From contig CAYSCX010000006.1 of assembly GCA_964429575.1 (NCBI GenBank), positions 60,440 to 124,439 of the forward strand: 64,000 nucleotides of DNA. The letters run 5' to 3'. Positions 42,686 to 52,404 of this stretch are shown in pieces; within the stretch, counting starts at the first letter, position 1, and each line of letters starts with the position of its first letter. Below the pieces are notes generated by a model that was not told the DNA's origin, did no database searches, and saw only the letters and a program-made list of their open reading frames with translations. Position numbers and translations under genes: made by a program. Source of the DNA: an uncultured Candidatus Binatia bacterium. Lineage in GTDB: Bacteria; Desulfobacterota; Binatia; Binatales; Binataceae.

Positions 42686-43738
42686 GTGATGGCCAAGCTG
42701 GGAATAGCGGGTTTCGGCCGGCTCGTACGGGACTACTACGTTCCCGCGATTTCTACATTACCAGAAATCGAGGTCGTCGCGGTCGCCGATCCACTCGCGG
42801 CCTCCCGCGCCGCTGCATCGAGTCGTTTCCCGGGCGCACGCATCCATTCGGATTCACAAGCGCTGTTCGAGCAGGTGCGCGTCGACGCGCTTCTCATAGC
42901 TTCGCCGCCTTCCACCCATCTGGCCTTGTGGAACGAGGCCGCACGTCGCCAGATTCCGGTGCTGATGGAGAAGCCGTTCGTGTTGCACGGCGAAATCGCC
43001 CGCGCCGCAAGCTCCCCCGAAGCTCGCCCATTGCTGATGCCCAATTTCAATCGGCGCTGGTGGCCCGCTTACCGCGCGATGCGCGAGTTGTGCGCCGATG
43101 GACGCATCGGAGAAATCGAGAGCGCCCGGTTCACTCTGCGCATCAACTTAGCCCCGTGGTGCACCGTCACAAGTCATCGCCTGGCTCCTGCGGAAGGCGG
43201 TCCACTCTATGATCTCGGCAGTTCCCAGCTCGACCTGATCGAGTTTGTGCTCGGCGGAGCGATCGAGAGCGTAGGCGCGCGCGCGGGCGATCCCGCAAAG
43301 CGCGAGGTCTTTCTCGAAGTCATGCTGACCGGCGGAGTTCGCGTGGAGTGCGAGCTTGCATACGCCACGCGCAATCACGAGAGCATTTCGATTGTCGGCA
43401 GCGAAGCCAGCTTGCGCCTGGACAATCCCAACTTCGCGCTCCATCTGGCTGCGCGCGGCAAGCGCAAGTTACCGCTCCTGCGATGGTTGCAGGATGTTGC
43501 CGCTTTCGGTCTGCGCGCCGCTCAGAGAAGCCGCTCGATGCTGCGATACACGATTCGCGCGGCGCTCGCTGAATTCATCGATGCGCTCACGCTCGGCCGG
43601 CCGTTCTCGCCGGGCTTTGACGATGCCGCCCACAACTCGGCGTGCCTTGAAGCCGCGATGAGGTCGGCTGCGGATTGCAACCCTGTCTTGCTCGAAACGA
43701 TTGGGCGTGGCACTCGTGTCCTCGAAGCCCAAGCCTAG
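42686..43738 (+). CDS. Gfo/Idh/MocA oxidoreductase
   Basis: GFGR, ASPPSTH, EKP, FNRR, GGPLYDLGS. Confidence 0.9.
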   Translation: MMAKLGIAGFGRLVRDYYVPAISTLPEIEVVAVADPLAASRAAASSRFPGARIHSDSQALFEQVRVDALLIASPPSTHLALWNEAARRQIPVLMEKPFVLHGEIARAASSPEARPLLMPNFNRRWWPAYRAMRELCADGRIGEIESARFTLRINLAPWCTVTSHRLAPAEGGPLYDLGSSQLDLIEFVLGGAIESVGARAGDPAKREVFLEVMLTGGVRVECELAYATRNHESISIVGSEASLRLDNPNFALHLAARGKRKLPLLRWLQDVAAFGLRAAQRSRSMLRYTIRAALAEFIDALTLGRPFSPGFDDAAHNSACLEAAMRSAADCNPVLLETIGRGTRVLEAQA

Positions 43739-45194
43739 AATCGCGATGCTCGGCTTCGATGCGGCCGAGTTCAGCTACATCGCGGCGCATCTGCCCTCGC
43801 TACCCAATTTTCGACGCGCCCTCTCGGCTGGCGTCTTTCGCCGCCTCGACTCCCCCGCGCAATGGATGCCCGGATCGGTCTGGCCCTCGTTCTATACGTC
43901 CAGTCCGCCCGGCGAGCACGGGTTTCACCACATCATTCAATGGGACCGCGAAGCGATGCGTCTGCGGCGCGTCACGGCCGATTGGCTCTATACCGAGCCG
44001 TTTTGGCGCGGCCTCGACCATCGCGGCCTGAGGACGATCGCCATCGACGTCCCGATGACTTTTCCGGCCAGCCGAGGCGCGGGCATCGAGATTAGCGGTT
44101 GGGGCGCGCACGATCAGATCGGCGCTTTTGCCGCATGGCCGCGCGAGCTCAAAGTCGAAATCAAACGACGCTTCGGCAAGCATCCGATGGGAATCGAGAT
44201 TCCAGTCGACAAATCGCTGGGCGAACGGATGCGCGCGCGATCCAAGCTGGTCGCCGGCGTCCGACTCAAGGCCGAGTTGGTCCGCTGGCTGCTTACCACG
44301 CGCGATTGGGATTTCTTTATCACCGTGTTCGGCGAGTCCCATCGCGGTGGCCACATACTGTGGCCCGACGGCGACGAGGGCGATTCGACCATCCCGCCAT
44401 CCGCCCTGCTCGACGTTTACCTCGCCCTCGACGGCGCGCTCGGCAACATGCTTGCCGCGATCGATCTGAATCGGACCACGGTCGTGCTGTTCGCCCTCCA
44501 CGGCATGGGCTCCAATCTTTCGCAGGAGCATTTCGTCGCTCCGCTGATGGATCGGATAAACGTCCGCTTCAGCGACCTGGAGCCCTCGCTCTTCGCGCAG
44601 GCCGGCGCGCCGCGCCAGCGCAGCGCGATGCGGTTCCTGCGCAAGCATCTCCCGCCGCGGTTACAGACGATTGTCGCCAACCTCGTTCCTCAGCACGTTC
44701 GCGATGCCGTCGTCGATCGCTCATTTACCTCCGGCTACGACTGGTCTCGTACACCGGGATTGCCTCTCAGGGCCGACCACAACGGATACATCCGCTTCAA
44801 CGTCGCCGGGCGGGAGAAGCTCGGGATGCTCGAAGCCGGGGGCGCCGCGCTCTCCCGCTACTCGGACCTGGTCCACGATTCGTTCTTGAGCTTGCGCAAT
44901 GCCGCCGGCGAACCGCTGGTGGACGAAGTCTTCACCGCCGCCGAGCGCTTTCCCGGCGCGCGCGCCGATCGCCTGCCCGATCTGATTGTCACCTGGAAGG
45001 GCCTTGACCCCGCTTCGCACGTTTCGTCATCGCTTGGGGCGCTCGACGCCCGCCTCGACACTGGCCGCGGCGGCAATCACCGCGCGGCGGGATTTCAGAT
45101 CCTGCTCCAGCCGGGCGTCGAGCAAGCTTGCCAAGCGCCGCCGCTCGACGTGACCGACTTCGCTCCGTCAATCGTACGATTGTTCGATTCGTAA
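43701..45194 (+). CDS. Alkaline phosphatase superfamily / nucleotide pyrophosphatase-like protein
   Basis: GFDAAE, WPSFYT..PGEHG, HRGGH, HGM. Confidence 0.8.
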   Translation: MGVALVSSKPKPRIAMLGFDAAEFSYIAAHLPSLPNFRRALSAGVFRRLDSPAQWMPGSVWPSFYTSSPPGEHGFHHIIQWDREAMRLRRVTADWLYTEPFWRGLDHRGLRTIAIDVPMTFPASRGAGIEISGWGAHDQIGAFAAWPRELKVEIKRRFGKHPMGIEIPVDKSLGERMRARSKLVAGVRLKAELVRWLLTTRDWDFFITVFGESHRGGHILWPDGDEGDSTIPPSALLDVYLALDGALGNMLAAIDLNRTTVVLFALHGMGSNLSQEHFVAPLMDRINVRFSDLEPSLFAQAGAPRQRSAMRFLRKHLPPRLQTIVANLVPQHVRDAVVDRSFTSGYDWSRTPGLPLRADHNGYIRFNVAGREKLGMLEAGGAALSRYSDLVHDSFLSLRNAAGEPLVDEVFTAAERFPGARADRLPDLIVTWKGLDPASHVSSSLGALDARLDTGRGGNHRAAGFQILLQPGVEQACQAPPLDVTDFAPSIVRLFDS

Positions 45195-45219
45195 CCCCGG
45201 CGTGCGCCCGTTCGCACGA

Positions 45220-46914
45220 TCAATCGCGAATCCTCCGCGCGGTTGCGCGTGCTGCGCGCAGCTCCCCGCAAATCCTGGCTTGCGCTTGGGCCGAGTATCT
45301 ATAGACAGTCACCTCATCGCGTTTGAACACGACCTCCCCGCGCCCCGGCTTCCACGTCAATTCGTTCAGGTCGAATCCGGCAAATCGATAGTCCTGCGCC
45401 AACTTGACCATGACCTCTTTCGACGCCTCCACTACGTCGTCGGTGTACACCGCGCTCGCTTCGCAAAAGCAGCGGCGAAACGAATTGACCAGCGCCCGAT
45501 TGTTCTCTGCGACTGTCGCCTCCAGTTGCCCCGTGCGCCCACGCGACAGCTCCTGGTTCAAGGAGCATGCAGCTCCGGGCCACCCGAATATCGGCGGTCC
45601 CCACCCGCTCGTCAGCCAACACGCTGACGCTCCGGCGCCCTGGTATATGGGTGCGAGGTCGCGCGCGAGCCGCCGATCGGCCGCCGTTTCATTCGCCAGA
45701 TTCGCCAGGTTGATCGCTCCGACAATCGCGCCTGCGCCGAACACCGCCGCGGTCGGCGCGCGCGCCGCGACTATCGCGACAACCGCCGGAACCAGGACGA
45801 AGAATTTCAGGTACGTATAGCTGAACGAGCGCACGAGTGGCAGGATCGATATCCCCGCGGCCGCCACCAGCGTACGCCATTCGCGCCGCCTCATTGTCAA
45901 TACTGTCCCGGCGGCTATCAGAGCCAGCGCGAACAATTGACTGCCCAGCGTGAAAGCGACTCTGAAAGAAGTCGTCCGCGCCTTGAGCATCCTCGCGCTT
46001 TCCGCGATGCCGGGTCCCCCGCGCGGCATCGTCACGATACTTCTCGCGGGGCCGATCGTGACAGCCGCAGCGTACGGCATCCACTTCGGCCACGCGGCAA
46101 CCTTCCGCCACATCCGCTGCCTCGCCAATGCGTTTAGCTCGCCGGTCGTCATCCGATGAACGGACTCGCGCGCAGGGCTGCTCCCGGTTGCAACCATCGC
46201 CGCAAACATCAACGCCGGCGCCGTCGCGAGAATGGCGCAGAAAATCGCAACTGCCGCAAATCGCGGCCTGCGCGCTTTTTCAGCCGCGCACGGGACCAGC
46301 GCGGCCGCAAGAATCAATCCCTGGTAGAGCAGCGTCGCCGCGGCGATCGACGCCCCCGCCACCACCAGCCCCCGCGTTTCCTCGTCCTCGCGCCGCGTCG
46401 CCAGGTAAACGATTCCGCCCAGCGCGATCGTCGCCGGCACGAGCGCCTCGATCGTGTCGGTCGCAAACCGGATCATCGGCACCGTCATTCCGGCGAGCAG
46501 CAGCGCCGCCGCGCGATGCATCGAATCGGCAGATCTCGCAATCAGCCACCGCCGGAGGAGCAGCAGGTATGCCACGCCGGCGGCGAAGTCGATCGCAACG
46601 AATACCCGCACCGCATCTTGCGACGAGGTCACCAATCCCGCGAGTTGCAGCGGTTTGATCGCGCCGAACAAGAACGTCGGAAATAGCAGCCATCGCGGCT
46701 CACCCAGCGCAGGCCACGAGTTCGCCAGGATCGGCGCGATATGCCGGATTCCGTCGCCCGCGTAGCTCGCGCGCAGACACGCCAGGCTTCCCGCAATCGC
46801 CGCCCAAGCCGCGATCACCATCACGTCGGGATTTTCACGACACGCCGATATCGCCCGCCGCGCCGCTCGCCCCCAGTCCTCGTCAGCCGCCATCGCGATC
46901 GTGAGCCGTCCCAC
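45220..46914 (-). CDS. Polytopic membrane protein, possibly a GT-C type transferase
   Basis: Many TM segments plus a soluble Cys-containing C-terminal domain; next to glycosylation genes. Confidence 0.6.
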   Translation of the reverse strand: MGRLTIAMAADEDWGRAARRAISACRENPDVMVIAAWAAIAGSLACLRASYAGDGIRHIAPILANSWPALGEPRWLLFPTFLFGAIKPLQLAGLVTSSQDAVRVFVAIDFAAGVAYLLLLRRWLIARSADSMHRAAALLLAGMTVPMIRFATDTIEALVPATIALGGIVYLATRREDEETRGLVVAGASIAAATLLYQGLILAAALVPCAAEKARRPRFAAVAIFCAILATAPALMFAAMVATGSSPARESVHRMTTGELNALARQRMWRKVAAWPKWMPYAAAVTIGPARSIVTMPRGGPGIAESARMLKARTTSFRVAFTLGSQLFALALIAAGTVLTMRRREWRTLVAAAGISILPLVRSFSYTYLKFFVLVPAVVAIVAARAPTAAVFGAGAIVGAINLANLANETAADRRLARDLAPIYQGAGASACWLTSGWGPPIFGWPGAACSLNQELSRGRTGQLEATVAENNRALVNSFRRCFCEASAVYTDDVVEASKEVMVKLAQDYRFAGFDLNELTWKPGRGEVVFKRDEVTVYRYSAQAQARICGELRAARATARRIRD

Positions 46915-47810
46915 TGCTCACGCTTACTCGACAGGCCCGTCTGCGAGTCGCGCGCGAATCACTGCCGCGACCTCTTCGACGCGGATCTGGGGCCCAATTT
47001 GCGCGGCGAGTGGACCGGAGAATCTCATCAATCGCGGTTTTGCGGCGGAACTGGCCGCCTTCTCTCCATTGCCGAAATGATTCGGTGCCCTTTGCCGCAC
47101 TCACATTCCGTCGGGCTCGATGGTAACTGGTGAGTTCGAGCTCAAGAAAAGTCTGGTTTGTATCCCTCTCCAAATTCCCGTCTTCGCGAAAGTGTGAGCA
47201 GCGTCGAGAATCAGACGAGCCGATTCGCCGCGAATCGCGACGGCTGCCCCGGAAAATGCCATGGGGCGAGGCACATCGCAATCGCGCGTGGCGCGTCCAA
47301 TGTGATGAGAAGGCGATCACCTGGTGGACGAAATCGATCGCGCCAGCATATTCAAAAGCTTGGCTTCTTTGCTGTTTCGAGACACGAGACGGCCGTCGGA
47401 ACGATCAACTCGAGTACGCGAATCCAAGGATGCGGTGCTGCGATTCCCAGGAGAGCGGAAGTTGAGTGCGATCGTTCAAGACCTTGGAAGACTTCCTGAC
47501 GATCACCACTTCCGTTGACGGAATCATAACAGAGCGCGATGTTCATTCGGGCTGTGCCTACTCAAAACCTAATCCGTGCGGATCTATTGGCGGTCTCGAT
47601 CGACTAAAGATCGTGGCCTGCCATCATGGCGATGCGCAGAAGATGAGCACTGCGGTTTCTGGACAGATTGTCCGTACGGAAACTCGGACGGATCCAAAGG
47701 TTGTGGGGGAGGGAATAGAAGAGGCGCTAGCGAACTCGTCATCTACGTAGCGTGAATGGCTCCCGGAGGTGATCGCCCCGGCCGGCCTATCGAATGAACC
47801 TGAAAGTGGT

Positions 47811-48025
47811 TTCCCTGTCGTTCGAGGGAATTTCCCTGTTCCGGCGCAATAATTCCCTGTTCCGCTGAGTAGGGAATTCCGACACAAACCCTAAAGAAGA
47901 CTAGGCTTTTTCGGCCCGAAGTCGGGCCCGGGACGGCCTATTTCGCGGAAATTCCCTGTATTTTCCCTGTAGATCAGGGAATGCGGTCGCAGAGAGCAGT
48001 TCGCATCGGCCTGCGTCATCCGCCA
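47811..48025. repeat. TTCCCTG repeat array ending in a tRNA-like 3' end, candidate island right arm
   Basis: Five direct TTCCCTG (47811, 47832, 47853, 47952, 47963), three inverted AGGGAA, then gttcgcatc...tccgcca. Confidence 0.7.
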
Positions 48026-48228
48026 CCGAGTCTCCGACATTCGACGTTCTCCGCATTCACTCGTAAATTCCCCTCTTTGCACGCGGTTGCGGGGCAGTTG
48101 GGATGACGCCTGGCACCGGAGATTGTCGACACGCGCGCGTGCGGCGGCGACTTCCCGGATTTCTCTCTGTTGCGCAGTTGCGCGGTGCCACGAGATGATC
48201 TACCCAATCGCGAATCATGGGCGAACTC
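48019..48228 (+). repeat. ~200-bp tRNA-adjacent repeat, copy B
   Basis: gagtctccgacattc identical to copy A; shared 17-mer at 48158-48174. Confidence 0.85.
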
Positions 48229-48583
48229 ATACCCTAGGTCAGCTGTCAGCGTGCCGAGCGGATGCCGTGATTCTGCGCTCGTGGCGCTGGCAGGTGCTGG
48301 GGCGGGGAGAGGTGCGGAAGGCGCGGGCCGGCGACGCCGGGTTCCCTGAACTCGCCCGCTTTCTCCCGCGCGAGCGGAAGCCGTGGATGAGCGAGGACGA
48401 GCGGATGAGGATTTTCGACGCGGCGGCGCTGGCCTGGCTTGCTGCCCAACGGTACCGGCGCCAAGCGCCGACTATGGGCGCGTGAAAAAAAGCGGTCCGA
48501 AGAATTACGGGAAAGCGCGACGCACTGTTCGGATCTCGGCTCGCGGCCCAGTCAGTATCGGTACATAGCCCGATCGGCGGCGA

Positions 48584-49018
48584 TTAGTCTGGCAGGGCCG
48601 CCGCCTGCCGGATAGAGTTGAGAACGAAAAGAAAGTGACTCGAACAGTTGACGTCCTCAAGCATGCTGATCTGCTTCAGCACTTTGAGCTCCCTGCGTGT
48701 GATCCGGTGGCGTTTGTGGAGCATGCGATTCGATGCAAAACGTCGCCACACGCCGTGCGGTTTCTTGTCACGCGGTTCGCCAGGCTCGCCAAGCAGGCTT
48801 TTGGCCTCAGGGTGCGATAGCAGGAGCAGCTCCCGGGGGTTGAGCCCGAGCACGTCGGCAATCCGCCCGATCAGCGAGAGCGACGGCCTCCGGCGATTCG
48901 CCTCGATGTAGGCGATATGGCTCGCCTTGACACCGACTCGCAGAGCGAATTCCCGCTGAGTCATGCCGAGTTCGTGGCGTGCGTGCTTCACCGCGCTACC
49001 GGCTGTCTTTTTGGTCAT
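48584..49018 (-). CDS. XRE-family HTH transcriptional regulator
   Basis: MTQREFALRVGVKASHIAYIEANRRRPS; ATGA overlap with the upstream peptidase. Confidence 0.9.
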   Translation of the reverse strand: MTKKTAGSAVKHARHELGMTQREFALRVGVKASHIAYIEANRRRPSLSLIGRIADVLGLNPRELLLLSHPEAKSLLGEPGEPRDKKPHGVWRRFASNRMLHKRHRITRRELKVLKQISMLEDVNCSSHFLFVLNSIRQAAALPD

Positions 49019-49794
49019 ATCCCGTACTCGCGCAGCAGAGCGAGCCGCAGCTTCGCGACGTGAATCATACCCGCCAACGTATACAGATTCGCTCGTGCCG
49101 AAGCCCCGGCTGAGAAATCGAAGCCGGTGGCGGAGCGGACATAGGTTCGCGCTTTGGATGCCAACCGGTCGAAATCGGAGTCCGGTTGCTTTCGCGCCGT
49201 CCGGTCGAACACGGTCTCGGCCGCTCGCCTCGGATAGCATCCCAAAACCATTACCAAGTCGGCGGCGATTTCCTCCGGTCGTTCCAGATGTTCTAGGTAG
49301 TTGGTCGTGAAGGAGAGGCCCACCTTCGACTGCCGACCGTCAAATACTTCATGTGTCAGATGATGGCCCATCTCGTGCCAAAAGGCCGCAGCTACGCCCA
49401 CCGGGTGATTCGCCGCGTTGAGCCAAATGAGGGGAGCCTTCAGGATCGTTCTGTCGTTCACATAGAAGCCCCGCAGCGTCCGACCCTTAGGGCCGGCGAT
49501 GTACCGCGTCTGCAAGGCCACTCCGAAGTTTGCGGCTATCTTCGATAAGCGGCCGAGATCGGTCTCCCTGAAAACCTGCTGATTGAGCCCCGGTAGGAAA
49601 CGACCGAGTTCGGACACAAGGCTCCGAAGCTCCTGTCCGTCGAAACATCTTCTGAGCGCAACCGCGTAGTCTCGTCGTGTGACGGAAGAGAAATAGTTCG
49701 TTGCGTCGCGGAGGGAAACGTTCGTGAATTTGGACGAAGTTACGACTTCGCGAACAAGGCCCTGAAACGGCCCCGGCTCTGTGCGCTGCGGCAT
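49015..49794 (-). CDS. ImmA/IrrE-family Zn metallopeptidase
   Basis: LRGFY, LIWLN, HEMGH, downstream EEIAAD; AAGGGGG RBS. Confidence 0.8.
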   Translation of the reverse strand: MPQRTEPGPFQGLVREVVTSSKFTNVSLRDATNYFSSVTRRDYAVALRRCFDGQELRSLVSELGRFLPGLNQQVFRETDLGRLSKIAANFGVALQTRYIAGPKGRTLRGFYVNDRTILKAPLIWLNAANHPVGVAAAFWHEMGHHLTHEVFDGRQSKVGLSFTTNYLEHLERPEEIAADLVMVLGCYPRRAAETVFDRTARKQPDSDFDRLASKARTYVRSATGFDFSAGASARANLYTLAGMIHVAKLRLALLREYGI

Positions 49795-50345
49795 GAGCGA
49801 CGCCCCCTTCTTGGAGCGGCATGTTATCGTTGTAAACCGCCGGTGAGCAAGCCCTGAATCGTTGGGTGTGTCCGTGCTGCTCCTAAACCCTCGCTCAGCG
49901 GTCGCAGACCGAGACCGCCGCACCGGGAAACCGCCTGGGTCTCGAAGCATGCTTCATTCAGTTGGACCGAGTCTGGGGGGGCCTGAAGTCATTCTGGTAG
50001 CTGCTCAGGATTTCAGGACGCCGGCGATTCCACGGCTCGACGTTCCCCTCCTGGCAGCCGCTTGGCCGGCAGTCTCGTGCTATTGACAGCGTGTGGAACT
50101 GCCGCGTTCTGAGGGCATCTTCTTCACTCGAAACTGCGCTGGATGCGCAACCAGTCGCATCACGGGAGCTCCCCAAGTCGGCAATTCGCCGCCTGAGAGC
50201 CGTATTCGCCCGCATCGGATATCGCGCCGGACAATAGCGCTCTCTTGTAAGCGGTCCGCCCGTGCCCCTCCCAGCTCTCTCGAGGGCAACGGATGGTCGT
50301 TTGGACACAGGAGTCGAACAGATTTCGGAACAAAGGAGAAATGCA

Positions 50346-51074
50346 ATGGAACTTCGCAAATTGACGTCGGACTACGAGCGGCAAGTCTTCGGTGAGTGTC
50401 TCACCAAGGCTCGGGCCACGAGAGGTGTGGGTTTCAGGGAAACGCAGCGGTCGCTTCTGGGAGGAAGCCATCTGAGGTTCGGCAGTGTTTACGCAATCTT
50501 TGAGAACGAGCGAGATCCGCTGCAGCGGATGCTGGGAGGCTTTATCATGCATAGTCTCGCCACCCTCCCGCAGAGTTTCGCGAAACCTGATCTGAGCCAC
50601 CTCCCTCCGCAATCGATTCTCGAAGGCAGCGATCTCTGGTCGCTGTCCAAAGGTGCCGGCCATGTCGCGGCGAGGGCTGCCGCCGCTGTCGCAGGTTTTC
50701 TGCAGGCGAAGGCGATTATCGTCTACCCCATCGTGAGGCCGGTAGATCTGACCTCGTTCTATGCCCGATTCAGCTTCGCAACCGCCTGCGAGCCAATCCG
50801 GAACCCTTTTGGAGAGACGCTCGACGGAGGAGAAATCTGGGTCCAGCCCCTCACTCTGGAGGGCGACAAGCTGGAAGCGTACATCCGCTGGGGCTTCGAG
50901 CTCCTCTTCCAAGCGAATGGGGGTGCACAGGTGTTGCGGTTTGATGCATCCCTCGCGACGCGACCACCAAACCTGGAAGTTTCGAGGGCGCCCCGGGAAG
51001 AGGATCCGAAGCGTTCGTTGATTCCGACGACCGGGCATCCGCAAGAGCCCAACGGAACAACACCCGAGGAGTGA
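50346..51074 (+). CDS. Hypothetical protein, probable GNAT/acyl-synthase (FeeM/LuxI-like) fold
   Basis: AAGGAG RBS; ILEGSDLWS..KGAG and FYARFSF...EP patterns. Confidence 0.55.
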   Translation: MELRKLTSDYERQVFGECLTKARATRGVGFRETQRSLLGGSHLRFGSVYAIFENERDPLQRMLGGFIMHSLATLPQSFAKPDLSHLPPQSILEGSDLWSLSKGAGHVAARAAAAVAGFLQAKAIIVYPIVRPVDLTSFYARFSFATACEPIRNPFGETLDGGEIWVQPLTLEGDKLEAYIRWGFELLFQANGGAQVLRFDASLATRPPNLEVSRAPREEDPKRSLIPTTGHPQEPNGTTPEE

Positions 51075-51201
51075 ATTATAGCCACGGGATGCTGGAGCCG
51101 AAAGCAACAACTCAGAGCGGGTCTTCCCTGATGACTAGGTCTAGCGGGCTAAAGGAACCCGCTCCCAACCGTTCCGCGAGGAACGAACGAAAGGATTGAC
51201 T

Positions 51202-52179
51202 ATGGACATCAATGGACACTACTCAGACGAAGTGCGAGACAACAGCTCTCGCCTCGAGGCTCTATACAGTACAATCCCATTTTGGCAGGACCTACTCGCG
51301 GCGGTCAGAGCCGGTCATACCGAATTCATCGGCATGCTGGCAAAAGCAGGACTGCTTTCGCAGTTCGGTCCGGCAACTAGTACGGTTCACTCGTACCAGG
51401 ACATTGAGGTTCACGCCTTCATCCTGGGAATAGTGTCTGCCGGCCGTTGGGATGAGGTTCAGACGAAGTCGTACTTGACCTACGCCTCACACTGGATTGA
51501 CGACTTCTTTGATAGTCCGGCGAACAACAATCTTGCCCAATTGCTGGCGGACCGACGCGACATTCGACGGGCGCTCGCGAACATGGGCCGGGTCGGTACA
51601 GTCGGATTCGCGATGGCGAACCGCGTCCGTCACTCGGAGGCAGTGTATAAGGCGCTGCACCGGATGCTCTATGGTGGCTTGGTGCAGCGAAGCAGCCAGC
51701 GGTCCGACAGACAGCGCCTGGTCGACGAGTATCCGGCCGTCGCGACCCAATTCGTGGATCCAGCTCTCGCCCGCGAAATCCGGCAGTTACAGCCTGAGGC
51801 CTATTGGACAACCAACAAAACGGTTCTGGAGCTACTGAACGCCGCCGAGAAGGACCTCGACTTCAATACCGCGGAACTATGGAGCCTGGTGTATGCCCCG
51901 GCCATCTATTACCAGGACCTCGACGAGGAGCGGGAGCGTGGCGAGCTAAGCTTCGAGGGAGAAGAATGCCCGAGACTAGACGAAATGCTGAAGATGATAC
52001 GGCTCGGAGCGCGCTACCTCGCTGCAATGTACGGGAGAAACAGTCTCCAGTATCAGCAGCTTGAGTTTGCTGCACTGGCGCTTCCTAATCTTCCCGAGCA
52101 GGTCGTGAGCGAGTACCGATTGCTACGCGAGGGGCGTCGCGAAAGGGTCCCCGACCAACAACTCATGGATCGGCCGTAA
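51202..52179 (+). CDS. Class I isoprenoid synthase/prenyltransferase-fold protein
   Basis: Apparently all-helical; WIDDFFD (DDxxD), YWTTNKT, QDLDEERERGE. Confidence 0.6.
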   Translation: MDINGHYSDEVRDNSSRLEALYSTIPFWQDLLAAVRAGHTEFIGMLAKAGLLSQFGPATSTVHSYQDIEVHAFILGIVSAGRWDEVQTKSYLTYASHWIDDFFDSPANNNLAQLLADRRDIRRALANMGRVGTVGFAMANRVRHSEAVYKALHRMLYGGLVQRSSQRSDRQRLVDEYPAVATQFVDPALAREIRQLQPEAYWTTNKTVLELLNAAEKDLDFNTAELWSLVYAPAIYYQDLDEERERGELSFEGEECPRLDEMLKMIRLGARYLAAMYGRNSLQYQQLEFAALALPNLPEQVVSEYRLLREGRRERVPDQQLMDRP

Positions 52180-52404
52180 TGGAGTCGCCGCGACCAGAGA
52201 CCGCTTGACGGAAGCAAATTGTCGGCGCGGTTCGTCGGGCGCCTCCCCCGACGCCACCGCGCCGGCGCGATGGAAAAGCCGTACTCGCAGACAGCTGACG
52301 CCCAGTTGTGCGGACTTGATTCTAAGCGCGATCAAAGGTCGTCAATGCGTTCTAGAAACTGAACTGACAGATGTCGTCAAGTTGTTCCAGAACTGTCACC
52401 GACA

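Noticed and set aside
47130-47750. Short ORFs of 64-113 aa
   Set aside because: No RBS or motif support; the region contains an IS end and looks like debris
47811-47981. Possible CRISPR array
   Set aside because: Repeats are only 7-11 bp with short spacers, and no cas genes are present
51098-51150. Possible hammerhead ribozyme (CTGATGA and GAAA nearby)
   Set aside because: Stems I-III cannot be paired around the core nucleotides
52179-52208. 9-codon ORF (MESPRPETA) as a ComX-like precursor
   Set aside because: Too short, no Trp, no independent support
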